64,000 nt of DNA, taken from Nymphaea colorata (Eukaryota). The notes beneath the pieces were generated by a model. The model was not told the origin of the DNA. It made no database searches and was given only the letters and a program-made list of their open reading frames with translations. A program made the position numbers and the translations under genes. Of this stretch, positions 1-12,616 are shown piece by piece. The stretch's first letter is position 1; each line of letters opens with the position of its first letter. The stretch spans positions 24,304,001-24,368,000 of the forward strand of contig NC_045138.2 in assembly GCF_008831285.2 (NCBI RefSeq), written 5' to 3'.

Positions 1-646
1 CTAGCATCGTCAAGCCCGGTCCGAACTCCGCCCTGGTGCAGTCCAAATAATTGACCCTGAGTTGGACCGTATCTAAATAATGAAAAGTTTGGATCTGGAT
101 TTGAGCATCCGACTTCTGCTGTAAATCATTAAATATGGATTTGGATCTCCTCGTGGCACGACAGCCATGTCAGTGGAAATTCGAAAAATAAACCCAAACA
201 TTATTCAATTGAATTGAAGAAGTTGAACTGTGGGTTGGTGATATGCAATTCTAACCCAGGTTTGAACACATTTCTTTACAACTTTAACCGATACCCTGCA
301 GACCTTACAGGACCCGACACCATCTGTCCTGATTCGGTTGGCTAACCATCCAAGTTTCCAAATTCAACGATGAATCCGTTCTGGTAAGGACCCAGTTAGA
401 ATTTCTTGAGTTCCGGCCTATTTCCACACTTAATTAGATGTTCAACCAGTCCTGACTTTTTGCAAATTAGTGGTTGGAAGAACAAAAAAAAGAGTGATGG
501 TGTGTAGTATTAATTCACATATATTTTTATTATTTTTTCTCTCAACCATCGATGTTAAGGACAGATTTTTTTTCTTATTCTTTTAGCATTTAAATGTGTA
601 GTATCTACCAATTTTTATATATACCTCTGACTATATGTTCATCTGG

Positions 647-704
647 ATATCTTACCTACGCAGCCCAATCTGTGCATATCTTACCTACGCAGCCCAATCT
701 GTGC
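647..704. repeat. Perfect 29-bp tandem duplication
   Basis: atatcttacctacgcagcccaatctgtgc occurs at 647-675 and again at 676-704. Confidence 0.95.
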
Positions 705-900
705 AAGAGAGAAAAAAAAGAGAGGGAAAGTTAATGTTGGTGTGTGTTGGATAGATGTCGAATGGTTATAATTAAAATATATAACTAAAATGATGATTAA
801 TCATTGTTAAAGTTATCATAAGCCGGGACTGACTACCAATTTAGTGATGTTTTTTGGTGATAATTTTTCCAATTTTAACCATTTAGCAACAAATTGTCCA

Positions 901-960
901 GAGAGAGCGAGAGAGAGAGAGAGAGGGGAGGGGGGGGGGGGGGGGCGAGAGCGAGAGCGC
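901..960. repeat. (GA)n / poly-G microsatellite at the LINE 3' junction
   Basis: Directly visible GA and G runs. Confidence 0.9.
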
Positions 961-3231
961 CGATAAAATGGAAAATATATAACAAAATTTGAGGATAAGA
1001 AGTCCTCTAGATACAAAAGCAATCCGCAAAAACAAAAGTAAAAAGACGAAATATACAATACAATGCACAGTAAAATAAGAAAGATGTGAATAGAGATGAA
1101 AGAAAGAGCGGCACCGTCACTCCGCCGCAGACGGACTATGGCGCCTTAGCCGAATGGTAAACTGGACATCCTCATGCACAAGACGAGCCACATAATCTGA
1201 CGAAGAGAATGTGTCCCTGAAGACCCTGTTGTTGTGCTCCTCCCAAATGCGCCACCAAGCTGAAATGAGCCACGACCTCCAAACACGACCTCAGGAAGCA
1301 AATAGGTGTGGGGAAGGACAAAAGAGGAACAGAAGACGAATGGATGGTGGGTTTGGAAGACTACTAACAAGGGAAGATTAGGTAGAAGCTAGGACACTAA
1401 AGAAGAAATGACAAGAGGTAAAAAGGTGAACCCGATACTCAGCCGCGACAAGACAGAGGTGACACTGGTTAGTCAAACTGATGCCAAGGCACTGTAAGTG
1501 GTCAAAAGTGTTGATGTGGCCAGTAAGAAGAAGCCAGACGAAAGCAATAGCACGAGGAGATGGGTCAGGGAACCAAAGAGATCGAGGTAGGAGCGACGCA
1601 ATTGAAGGACCAAAGGAGGCCAGGTAGCAAGAAGGAAGAGTGAACTCACAGGTAGGTGAGAGAGGCCAGGATGGGAATGTGGACGATGAGAGGTCAGCAA
1701 GGCGGAGGAAAAGAGGAAGCGCAGAAAGCATATCTTTCAAAAAGTGAGAGGGAGAGGGTTGAGAGATGGAACAATTCTAAACACTAGGGGAAGGCAGGTT
1801 GAATTTGGAATAAATGAATTGGGTGATGGGAGAATACTAAGTTGCCAGACGCCACCACCAAGAACACAGAGAAGACTCACATGCCCGACTAAGGTTGGTA
1901 ACCTCAGCACCCCCAAGAAGACGCAGAAAGACAACCGCATCCCAATGCGCAAGGCGATCCGAAGGCCGATTCTCATTTCAGATAAACTTACGAATAATCT
2001 TATCAAACAAACTTAGGACAGCTACAGGAGGCCGATAGACAGCCACAGCATGGAGAGAGACAGACGCAAGACAGTGCCTCGCAAGAGTAATACGGCCTGA
2101 AAGAGAAAGCAGTTTTCTCTGCCAACATTGAAGGCGATCAATAAGCTTCTGCTCCACTCTATTCCAAAAGGATGGTGCAGGAGGCGATAACGTAATCTGA
2201 AGCCCCAAGTTGTCCATGGGCAGGCCAGCAGCCTTACACTCAAAGCATGCTTCAGCGAGAAGTACCGTGGCCGGATCCGCATGAATGACGGAAATGTGAC
2301 ATTTAGCGGAATTGATAGAAAGACCCGAGATGACCTCAAAAACCCGAAGGATGAGCCAAGTTCTCACAATCTCTTGGCGGGAAGCATTGCTGAACATGAA
2401 AAAGTCATCAGCATACTGAAGGGTGGAGAAGGTCTGTAGGTAGGGGAGCGAATGCAGCGTGAGGAAGCCAATGACTGTTGCCTGATGAAATAGAGCAGAA
2501 AAGCTCTCAGCGACCAAGTTGAAAAGCAAGGGCGATAACGGACAACCCTAACGGAGGCCACGCCCGAGACAGAAGAAATCGCCACACTTTTCATTGAAGG
2601 AGACCGCAAGTTAGGCCCTAGTGACAAGCGAAAGGATCCACTCTCTAAACTATGGACCAAAAGCAAGACGGGTGAGAAGGTCAGAAAGGAACTCCCAACT
2701 AATCGAGTCAAAGGCCTTAGATATGTCCAATTTAAGGATGAAGGAAAGAAGTCGTAGACAGTAAAGGGAGTGAACAACCTCATTAGCCAGGACAACAGCG
2801 TCCTCCAAATGCCGATCCTTGATGAAAGCAACCTGCAAAGGATTAATAATAGAAGGCATGACCGGCGCAAGCCGCAAAGAGAGCAGCTTAACAATAATCT
2901 TGTAAGGCGTGCTTAAAATGGAGATCGGGCGGAAGTGGGTGACGTCCGTAGGGTTATGGCGCTTAGGCACTAAGACACAGGTAGCTTGATTAAATTCCTT
3001 AAGGAATATGGAACTGGAGGCAAACTCATCACAAAAAGCAAACACATCAGCGCTACAAGCATCCCAAAAGGTACGAAAAAATTCGATAGGAAAACCATCG
3101 ATGCTGGGTGCCTTACCAGAGCCAAGGGCCCAAACAGCGTTCTTGATTTCTTCATGCACGAAGGGCCGCTCCAGAGAGTTTGCACACGAGACAAAGAGGA
3201 AGGAGAGGTGAAAATCCGGCAGCGGGGCACC

Positions 3232-3236
<5 letters not shown>
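961..3236 (-). mobile_element. Degenerate, 5'-truncated L1-clade LINE (ORF2 reverse transcriptase and zf-RVT region)
   Basis: ORF pieces 2650-3159 (KAPSIDGF, FRPISIL, ILKLDISKAFD) and 1978-2529 (LQYADD, SGLSIN, LSLSGRITL) share one frame, interrupted by stops at 2650, 2611 and 2548 (GLR*GCPLSP). 1378-1740 carries a zf-RVT-like CHLC...HLF motif. Confidence 0.9.

Positions 3237-3279
<43 letters not shown>
3237..3279. repeat. (GA)n microsatellite at the LINE 5' junction
   Basis: About 21 GA units, directly visible. Confidence 0.95.
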
Positions 3280-3283
<4 letters not shown>

Positions 3284-3821
3284 GAATTAAACCCACTAAA
3301 CTAAGCTCGAATGAAATCTTGATTCGAGCAACCATTTGCCTTCAAAGAAGTATCGAGTATCGACAACAGTTACATTTGACTTGTCATTTGGCTTCGCTTG
3401 CAAAGCTTAAGCTCATGAGTCATGACGCGCTACAAGTTCATACATAGAGTTGCTTTACAGTTCTATCGAACAGACATTTCATTTTCTTAAGAATAATTTC
3501 CAGCATGGTCTTTTGTCTAGGCTGAACAGCATCGAGGTAGCTTTAACCTTCAATCCTCGTGTTTTTCATGAGAAACTGGACCGCCGTCTCCTAGAAGTCG
3601 ACTTCACATCTTCTTGTTCATGGCACCAAGCGATAATCACTTTCGTATATGGTCTTATAAAACTCTTGGCTGCAGTTGCATGCTTTGAGTACTTGGCTCT
3701 GTCAACTAATGCCTTTAGACCAAAGGGCAAAGGCATGTTAGGAACGAGGCCTCCTGTAGCTGCATGCATTAATTCTCGGGACGTCCATATTCTGTGTGCA
3801 AGAATGGATGAACATGTTTAT

Positions 3822-6380
3822 TTACCAATAATCACCACATGAACATGAACATGAACCCCCCTTAAAATGATGAAACCTGTGATTGTCCCTAAGGACTATA
3901 TCTCTACCGGTAACTAAGGATATATATTTTATAGCAGAGTGACAATCGTTGCATACCCTAAGGTTCTGCATGACCCTGATCACAGTTCCAGGTGTCGAAG
4001 TCAGAAGGCCAAAGGTAATTGCCAGCTTCTCACTGTGGTAAAACAACGAACGTTCCCTCTCCACGTCATCCCACTCAAACGATGCAGAAGTCATGTCTGG
4101 AACATATCCGACTTCTTTGATACGACTAATCAAGATATCGAGTTTCCTGTATATTTCACTGCAACATGGGTGTTTTTGATCCTCAACAACGAAAGAGTGC
4201 ATTTCACCTCTTATCTCTATCCAACTAACACCGTGGTCTTTCTTGATTCCTCTTGTTTTCATCAAATCTCTTATGTCTTTAGCCTCGTCCATTCTACCGA
4301 GGGACGTATAGATGTTAGTCAGGAGCACGTAAGTGATTGCCTCATCTGGTTCCATCTCAATTAGTAATTTAGCAACTTTGCTTCCAAGCTCAATGTTTCC
4401 ATGTTTCCGGCATGCACCCAGTAAAGCCAGCCAAACAGAAGGACCAGGCTCAAAAGGCATGTTAGATATAAATCTCTCTGCTTCATCTAATCGACCAGCT
4501 CTAGACAAAATATCAGCAACACATGCATAGTGCTGATAGTTTAAATCAATCCCATGGCTTTCTTTAACTGTATAGAAGAATTCATGACCTTCATCAACGA
4601 GGCCAGCATGGTTACAAGCTGAAAGAACTCCCAGTACTGTTATGCTGTCGGGTTCAAGTCCTTCAAATTGCATTGTTCTAAAGAGCAGAAAAGCTTCATT
4701 AGCGTCCCCATGCTGAGCAAGAGCAGATATCATGGCATTGTAAGAAGCAACTGTAGGTTCTGATACTGATTTGAAGATTTTCCTCGCTTCTGTGATGCAA
4801 CCACAATTTGAATACATGGTGAGAAGTGAATTGCTCACAGGCCCATCACAGAAGAAACCACTTCTGATGCCATGGCTGTGAATCTGCTTGCCAATCTCAA
4901 GTGATGATATCTTGGAACAACCTGAAAACACGGTCGAGTACATGAATTGGTTAGGTTTGATACCCAGTTCTAGGACTTGATGAAGAATCCTGAGGGCCTC
5001 TTGAACTTCACCATTCTGCACATTTGCTGCAATCATCGAAGACCAAGAAGCTACATCCTTCAACTCAATGTCCTCAAAGGCATAACGAGCCTCTTCAAGG
5101 CTTTGATTTGCAGAATACATGGCAACTAGAGCTGTACCTACAAAAGGATCTCTTTGATACCCAGTCTTAATTATAAGACCATGAACTCCTGTATACTCTT
5201 TGAAGACATGATCACTAGTTGCACCAGAAAGTACAGCAGGAAATGTGAAAATATCCAACACAAGCCCCTCGTATCGCATCATTTTAAAGAGCAAGAAAGC
5301 TTCTTCCACTTTATCCTGCAAACCATAACCTCTAATTAACGTATTCCAGATAATCACATTTTTCACATGCATGCTGTCAAACAATTTTCTTCCTTTTCTG
5401 AGATCCCCACATTTCACATACAAATCAAGAAGTGCACTTCTGATGACAATATCTGAAATAAATCCATGAACGATAACTTGGGCATGAACCTGATCCCCCA
5501 CATCAATCTTTTCTAACCCCGTACAAGCCCGCAATATGCTGCTGAAAGTGAACTCTGTGGCAGCCACACCATTCTCTTTCATTTTCATATACAAAGACGC
5601 ACACTCGGAATAAAGTTCATGCTCTACTGATCTTGCCATTATGGAATTCCACGTTGTAGCACTCTTCTGAAGGCTACCATCGAAAACTCTGAAAGCATCG
5701 TCTATGGAAGCACAACTGGCATACAAATCAATCAGAGCATTAATAACAAACTCATCCTCTACATAACCAAACTTAATTGCAAGGGAATGTAACTGTTCTC
5801 CCTGCAATAAATCATGGTGGTCTTGGCAACCCTTAATGATGGACGAAAGCGTGTATTGATCAGGTTGATGTTCCTCCAGTAACATCCCTTTAAACAAAGC
5901 CAGGGCTTCATTCAGAGCCCCGCAACTGCAATACCCAGAAATCATTGTGTTCCAAGCTATCAAGCTCTTAGGGGTAATATCATCAAACACTTTGCGTGCA
6001 AGTTGTAAATAGCCACATTTTATGTACATATTGAGGAGGCTTATGAGCACAAACCCATCCAATTTAAATCCACTTTTGATGATTTGAAGATGGACACGAA
6101 CCCCACCTTCAAGAAATCTATTTCTAGTACAGGACTGAAGAAGACACCCATATAAGAAGGAAGAGGAGGGCGCATTATTAGAATAGAAGAAAGAAAATAC
6201 TTCTCCCAGATTGTTGCTCTCACACAATCTCCTTATTTCCTCATTAAATCTCCCGTTTTTGGTAGTCTCCTTTAGCTGTTTCTTTTTTGGTAGCCTAATC
6301 AGGGATGGGCCTCCTGAGAACAGATTGTTGGAGCATCGTAACGCCATTGAGTGAACGGTGAACCAAGCACCAAACGACAT
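3822..6380 (-). CDS. PLS-class pentatricopeptide repeat protein with E and DYW domains (putative organellar C-to-U editing factor), 852 aa, single exon
   Basis: Repeated PLS motifs (WNTMISGY, ALIDLYASC, YNAMISALAQHG), an E domain, DYW deaminase motifs HSEKLA and CNDCH, and a terminal DYW. Confidence 0.95.
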   Translation of the reverse strand: MSFGAWFTVHSMALRCSNNLFSGGPSLIRLPKKKQLKETTKNGRFNEEIRRLCESNNLGEVFSFFYSNNAPSSSFLYGCLLQSCTRNRFLEGGVRVHLQIIKSGFKLDGFVLISLLNMYIKCGYLQLARKVFDDITPKSLIAWNTMISGYCSCGALNEALALFKGMLLEEHQPDQYTLSSIIKGCQDHHDLLQGEQLHSLAIKFGYVEDEFVINALIDLYASCASIDDAFRVFDGSLQKSATTWNSIMARSVEHELYSECASLYMKMKENGVAATEFTFSSILRACTGLEKIDVGDQVHAQVIVHGFISDIVIRSALLDLYVKCGDLRKGRKLFDSMHVKNVIIWNTLIRGYGLQDKVEEAFLLFKMMRYEGLVLDIFTFPAVLSGATSDHVFKEYTGVHGLIIKTGYQRDPFVGTALVAMYSANQSLEEARYAFEDIELKDVASWSSMIAANVQNGEVQEALRILHQVLELGIKPNQFMYSTVFSGCSKISSLEIGKQIHSHGIRSGFFCDGPVSNSLLTMYSNCGCITEARKIFKSVSEPTVASYNAMISALAQHGDANEAFLLFRTMQFEGLEPDSITVLGVLSACNHAGLVDEGHEFFYTVKESHGIDLNYQHYACVADILSRAGRLDEAERFISNMPFEPGPSVWLALLGACRKHGNIELGSKVAKLLIEMEPDEAITYVLLTNIYTSLGRMDEAKDIRDLMKTRGIKKDHGVSWIEIRGEMHSFVVEDQKHPCCSEIYRKLDILISRIKEVGYVPDMTSASFEWDDVERERSLFYHSEKLAITFGLLTSTPGTVIRVMQNLRVCNDCHSAIKYISLVTGRDIVLRDNHRFHHFKGGSCSCSCGDYW

Positions 6381-6974
6381 ATCATGCCTAAAGCTGCACG
6401 GAGAACAATTCCGTCGAAGATTACAACATTCATTGTAACTTTCTTCACGTAAATGTTGTTCTAGATGACATCCATTCGTGAAATCGATCGTCTGGCTGGT
6501 GCCAAAAAAATATAATTATCTTTTCGGGCCCACGAGACGAGGGCTTTGTCTCTTCCATGCGATGAATTTGTGGTCATGGGACGAACGTCCTCATCCGACA
6601 AGGCAACAAATGGCGGTAAAATTTTAATACAAAAGAACGCGTGCATGGTGAAAGTTCAACCTTTTTTAAAATCTTGATATCCATTCTGTTTCTTCCTTCT
6701 TAGATAACAGATTTGCTATAAGTGTGCATGGTAAAGTCTAGATTTTCAAAAGAATGATGGGAAATCAGATCTTAATCGAGTTTGGTACAATAAAAAATAT
6801 CAACCTCCAAATCAAATCAGAACCATTTAAATTTCATGAAGGAATGAACTGAATACAAAGTGAAGTCAATTTGGTAAAGCAGGTAGTGTCCAATTAGATA
6901 TCGAATTTTTGGCTTGGCATGCCAAGCTCAATAACTCGCCTTTTGGCCTTGACAAACAGAACTTCGCCACTAAC

Positions 6975-7140
6975 CCCCTGTTTGGTTGGAGGGAAAGGGA
7001 GGGAAAGGAAGGGACGGAAAGGAAGGGAAAGGAAAGGGAAGGGAAGAGGAAAGGAAGGGAAAAAAATGGAATGGAAAGGAAAGGAAAGAGGTGATTAAAA
7101 AACTTGTTTGGATAGAAATGAAAGAAAAGGAAAGAAAAGA
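6975..7140. repeat. GGAAA/GGGAA purine-rich repeat, probably part of a Tourist-like MITE remnant
   Basis: Begins cccctgtttggttgg and is followed by degenerate (GGAAA)n. Confidence 0.5.
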
Positions 7141-7702
7141 CTAAAATCTTCTTTCGTTTTTCTTTTAAACGTGGGTCCTCATGGGTATTATGGGCAAAAA
7201 AAACTTTTCATGTTCTCCATGTTCTCCAAATCACTCACCGGCTAGAATGTAAACTTCAATAAAAATTGGTTTCAAGTTTCCACGAGCAAATTATAATATT
7301 GCACTAACAATTGGCTCTGGGATATCATGTCGCCTTTTGGAAAAGAAAAATAAAGCAGAGGAATTCAGTATCCAAATTAATTGAATTTGTTCATTACAGT
7401 CTGCAATCTCATTTCGCATTACGTCTTTGCTATATAATGTCAATGCAGTTCAAAGCTCATTCGTTAGCAGGTAAGCTTCCACATGCTTGACACGTTTTCT
7501 GCAGTGAAGTGCTCTCAACACGAATTGTTTCATACACTCCACTCTGAATCTCATTAAGAACTGCCAAGTGTGTACATTCCACGCTACGGCGTCAAGTTTT
7601 TTTCTGGTGAACTCGGAATGAAGTTACTCATAAAGATGCAAACCTCTGCTATAAAAGCTGTTTCTTTTATTCATAGTGTTACATCACGATTCACGACAAG
7701 TT

Positions 7703-9592
7703 TCAAAGATGAATACTTACGTCCGTGATGGGATAGACAAGGAAAAGATAAAAAGAGCACACTTGAGAAGACAAGCATTGCGTCCATGATGAATACTTAC
7801 GTCCTGCACCATTGCCAAGCATTGTCGCGCAGTCTAAGGTAGAAGTGTACGCCAGGAAGCTGTGAGCAACAGCTTCACTTTCCGGTTTAAACTTGCAGAA
7901 TTTGCATTTTGGTGAAAGGAGGGAAGGCGTCCTGTATTTGTCCTCGCCCCCCATGATTGGCATGGCCACTCCTTTCTTCACGGGGCTTTGGAACTCCGGT
8001 TGGTAGGGTTGCCCAATGACACCTTTCACTTGCTGTGAAAGGCCGTAGAACCTGAACTGAACTTCAAGATGAGCAAAGCAATCATTGGACGGAATCCGGT
8101 ATTTGTGAATCCGATCATCTTCCTCAGTTACAGGCACTACATTTACAGAAACCTCTGCAATTTCCGGCAACTTTACTATAATGCTGTTGGTCCGAGCAGC
8201 TCTCTCCAATTTCAAGTCATGATCAGGTGAGCTCCACTCTGAGAGATGGCCTTCAGAGAGAAATACAGACTGCCCATCATAGAAAAACTGAAGCTGGTCA
8301 ATGCTGTTGTCCCATTTCACGACCTTCTTCGCTCCAAGAGTAAATGTATGGGGGCCGTACATGAATCCTAGTGCTTGAATCCATGTGAAGTCCCTTCTTC
8401 TCCCCTGTGGCCTGAGGCCGATTCGTGCATTGATCTGGAAGTTGGTGTCGGAAACAAGGCTGAAATGTTCATTTGCCCTGCCATGGAAGAAGAAGACAAC
8501 TCCATCTCCTCCTACAAAGCGTGGATCATAGCAAGCGGCTCCGGTTCCATGGCAGTCGGCTTTCCGGTCTGTTATGAGCAGAGGTTTGTATTTAGCGTTA
8601 GGATCTAGATGTATTTAAATTTTAATCAGCAAAAAAAGTTAGTGGTCATGGAAAAAGGAACGAACGAAACCATGAAAATAGGAGGGAAAACTACAAATAT
8701 ATATAAAAAGGGATAGACAAACCTACTTGCAGGAAGTAACCAACAAAAAATCTCTTGTTAAAACAATATTATTGACGCAATTTATTTGGTTTTTAAGAGC
8801 CAACACCGTCCCTTTCTATTTCATTGATTTTCTCCCCAACCAGGACACTGGCACTTGCACGATGATTGTAATATCAAATTATTAATAGAATGCATGACGC
8901 CGTGGCTCATGGCTGTATCCTGTATGGCCTTCGCTTACAGACGTTCGAACTAGCTTATGAAAAATAACAATGATATTTCTCGTCCTTAATTAATTAAGCT
9001 TGACTGCTAAGCACAATCTTTTCATAAACTTCTACTCATTTTTAAACGAAAAGATCATGTCCATGAATTCTGAGCTAATCATTTCTTGCCATATTGAAAA
9101 GTAAATATCATCCAGCAATGTATGTTGATTAAGCCTGATAAGATGCGGCAGCAAAATCATACTAATCTAATAGTTGTTGACTAGATCTACGCAAAATACC
9201 ATCAAGGCATTTCATAGTTAGTTCACACATGAAAGCAACAGCATTTTTAGCTGAAAATCTCAGAGGATGAACAATCTTCTGTACAACTAACCCCGTGGAT
9301 GTTTGAAAACATTGGAAAAAACTTTCACGTTTTTCTAATGTACGGAAATGATTCTGTAAGCCCAAGCCAAAAGGTTCAGTTCGTCGACTTTTAATTTCTA
9401 TCCAAATATATCACGATCCCTTTCGTTCCTAATCTTGTCAAGTATGGACATCACATCCTTGCTGTCATGCAAATGACACTATACATTGGCAGATATCTGC
9501 ACAGTGTGAAAGCAGGTAATCCCTTAACAGCATTCCTTCTGTATGCCAGTTCGAACTGGCCCTATTTTGAGGCTTAGTAAACTAAAATTTGC

Positions 9593-9635
<43 letters not shown>

Positions 9636-9916
9636 TGAGTGAGTGAGTGTGTGTGAGAGAGAGAGATGCTCACTTCTGCACACAGCTTCACATTTTGGTG
9701 AATTGCAATCCAAGTAGCAAGATTTGGCCTTGGGATCTGCTGGTTTGGTCAGCGGGCACTCGCCGGACACCTTATGGTTCTCAAGAAGCACCTGCTTCTC
9801 CTACTCCAGCAAGTGAGATGCTGCCGCACAGCATAATAAGCGGCATTCCCCAACTCTGCTGCCACCAACAACAAGAGAAGCAGCATCTGTAGCCGCGCTG
9901 GAGATGAAGCTCTCAT
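7703..9916 (-). pseudogene. Root-cap-domain (LEA-related) gene, copy A; frameshifted and with a rearranged C-terminus
   Basis: Exon 1 9916-9674 is 243 nt against 244 in copy B. A 1-bp deletion at 9761/9762 gives CPASAR*. Exon 2 8568-7703 encodes CYDPRFVGGDGVVFFFHG...DCFAHLEVQFRF, but the native MVCRK* end is missing. Confidence 0.8.
9596..9666. repeat. Compound (GT)n(GAGT)n(GA)n microsatellite in intron 1 of copy A
   Basis: Directly visible. The matching (CT)n(CA)n tract lies at 12868-12918 in copy B. Confidence 0.9.
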
Positions 9917-11433
9917 GGTGGACACCTCTCTCTGTCTCTCTTGTCTGCTACCAACTTAGAGCTCAAAACCCTCTCACCATGGATCCCTCTTTCTCCCTAC
10001 AACTCCATTATACATCAAGGAGAATGTTTGGTATCTCACCTCTGTCTGCCTGCAAATCAATCACATAAACCACAGCTGTCATAAACCCTGCCTAATTTTT
10101 CTGCTGTCTGCATACGCCTATGTCTTCTTTGCTTTATGTAACTTTTTGAAGGTACATGGGTTCTGAACTAAACTATAAGTCAACTTCTTCTTTCATCTTC
10201 TTCTTTTTTCTGGGACTGGGTTTGAATTCTGAGGAAATAAGATCGTTCCAATTGATAAATAATTCGTAAATTTTGTTATATTTCTAGCACAGATGACACT
10301 GCTTGGTGCCAATGAAACTATCCGTAAGCCAAGCATATTGGTATTTGCAATTTCAAATCATCTTTACAAATCATCCATATATGAAGAGTTAGGTCCGAGA
10401 GAGCTGTATTCCGATTTTATATGGATAACCAATGACATTCTTGGCACTGCACGCTCTTGAGACTGGCACAAATTATTTGTTCTAAATAGCCATTTAAACA
10501 GATAATCGCATTCGGAATTATAAATTTCTTGGTATCCTAAAATGTACAAACTGTTCAAATCATGCTCCAATTTGCTGAAATGATAAAGAAGAAAAAGTTT
10601 TATTAAAAATCTCAAGCATCGAATTGAACGAGTACACTCCATAATCAATCAACCTAGTGCCAACAAAGAGCAGTGAAGAACGTATATACTATCTACAGTA
10701 GAATATTCATATTTTCAAACACATGAACTAGATTGAGACCTAATCATGATTATGGTTGTAAATCTTGCCTAGAAAGCATGTTCATTTGCATAAAATCATA
10801 AAATGGGACCTCGGGCCAGTCCATTACGAGACAGATTGGATTCAAGTCGATTCATACTGGAGTTTGTTTTCATTCGAGCCGGAATGCACATTGCCCGTAT
10901 TAGGGGCTGCCATTAATTCATGAACAAGTCAAAGATGGAGCCTAATTTACAGAAGATGTTTCGTTTCGACTGCATGCTGACAAATCGAGCCTGTGTTGCC
11001 CGGCGAGGTCTGGCAGTATGTGCTGTAGAACCAAACTTTGACGTTTTCCGGAACATTTTCCCAAGCAAAAAAACAAATCTTTAGGACCAGAATACCTGTG
11101 ATGCATCATGGCATAGGAAAAGTAAGGCAGTGTGGCCGCAAAGTGCCTCTTGGGGTTTACCTTAGAGGCAGGCTTCTGCCCTCCCATTTTGAATTCAACG
11201 ACTATATTTTTTTCAAGGGTTGGGTTCATGATCGGTGAACCACTTTTTTAATTTTTAAAGAGCAGAGTAACTGCTTACTTTTTCTAACCCCTAATCTCGT
11301 ATTTGAATTTATGATCACGAAGATCTATTCCTTTCAATCTCGGATTCCAAACCATTTTGTTTTGCTGGTCTGATAGACATTAGAACCTATTGGCTTGTAA
11401 TACCTAGCTCTTTTCTCTTCTCCAAAAATTAAG

Positions 11434-11700
11434 CATGAGAGCTGGGCCGGGCCACCAGTGGGTACCCAGTACCTGGCCCGACACAATAACGGGTCAGGCT
11501 TGGGTAGCGAACGCGACCTGTCGGGTGCCCAGTCGACCGCTTGTGCAAATGGGCTGGGCCTCGAACAAACTTGTAATGGCCCAGTACCCGGCCTAGCCCA
11601 TTTGTAGATGGGCTGGGTAGCAGGCCGGTCTGGCATTGGGCCGGACCAATACTTGTGTTAAATTACTAGGCCACCTGGCCTGATGCTTAGGCCTATTTAA
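11434..11700. mobile_element. GC-rich MITE remnant (GGGCC/GGCCC motifs) in the spacer of the inverted duplication
   Basis: Dense tgggccggg/ggccc motifs followed by an AT-rich tract, like the hAT MITE at 49150. No clear paired TIR. Confidence 0.5.
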
Positions 11701-12616
11701 AATTATTAAATATCTTTAAATATTTAATCAATTGAAAAAAAAAAAACTTCACTTTAAGATATGCTGCAGCCAATACAGACCGACATGGTTTTCTAGTACT
11801 TGGTTAGCAAGCAATCAATGTGGTGCTTTTATTCAAAAGTAGCGATCTTCCTGGTTTAATTTGTTTGAGACCCATCTTCACTGTGAGATATATTGGAGTG
11901 ACCTCCCAAAAGCGATGGTGGTTTCTTTTTTTTTCTTTTCTGTATTCTTTTATAAGTTGTTTTTTCGTAAATTTTTTAGAAGTCCTCATTGATTCAAAAA
12001 GGTTTTATATTTTAGTATAGCAACATATTTATGATTGCAGATGCAATTATCTATTTGAAACACTACCTAGAAATGATAAATACAGTGTGCAAGTCCCAAG
12101 AATGTCTTAGGTTATGCATATAAAATTTGAAGATGGTCTCCCTTTGACGCAGATCTGCTCATATTGGATGACTTGTAAAGATGATTTCAAATTGTAAATA
12201 CCAATATCTGTGGCTTGCGCATGGTTTATCTGGCAATGAGCAGTGTTAAGCTAGTCAGTACGACATCTATGAATTATTTACCAATTGGAAGAAAACCTGC
12301 TTCTCACCATTCAAAACCGATTTCTGGAAAGAAAAGGAAAGAAGAAGTTGACTTTGGTTTAGTTCAGAACCCACGCAGATTAAAAAAAAGAAAGTGCAGA
12401 GAGCAAAGAAGACTTGGGAGTATGAAAACAGCAGAATGATTAGGCAGGGCAGGCAGCTGCTTTTCATCATGTGATTGGTTTCCAGGCAGTCAAAGGTGTG
12501 AACCAAACATTCTCTTTGCTATATAATGGAGTGTTGGGAGACACAGGGATCTATGGTGAGAGGTTTTTGAGCTCTAAGTTGGTAGCAGAAAAGGGAGACA
12601 GAGGGAGGTATTCATT

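Noticed and set aside
647..704. 29-bp direct repeat as a CRISPR-like array
   Set aside because: Only two adjacent units, no spacers, and a eukaryotic context.
2970..3447. ORFs with SLSLSL or RERERE runs
   Set aside because: Translations of the GA microsatellite and LINE antisense.
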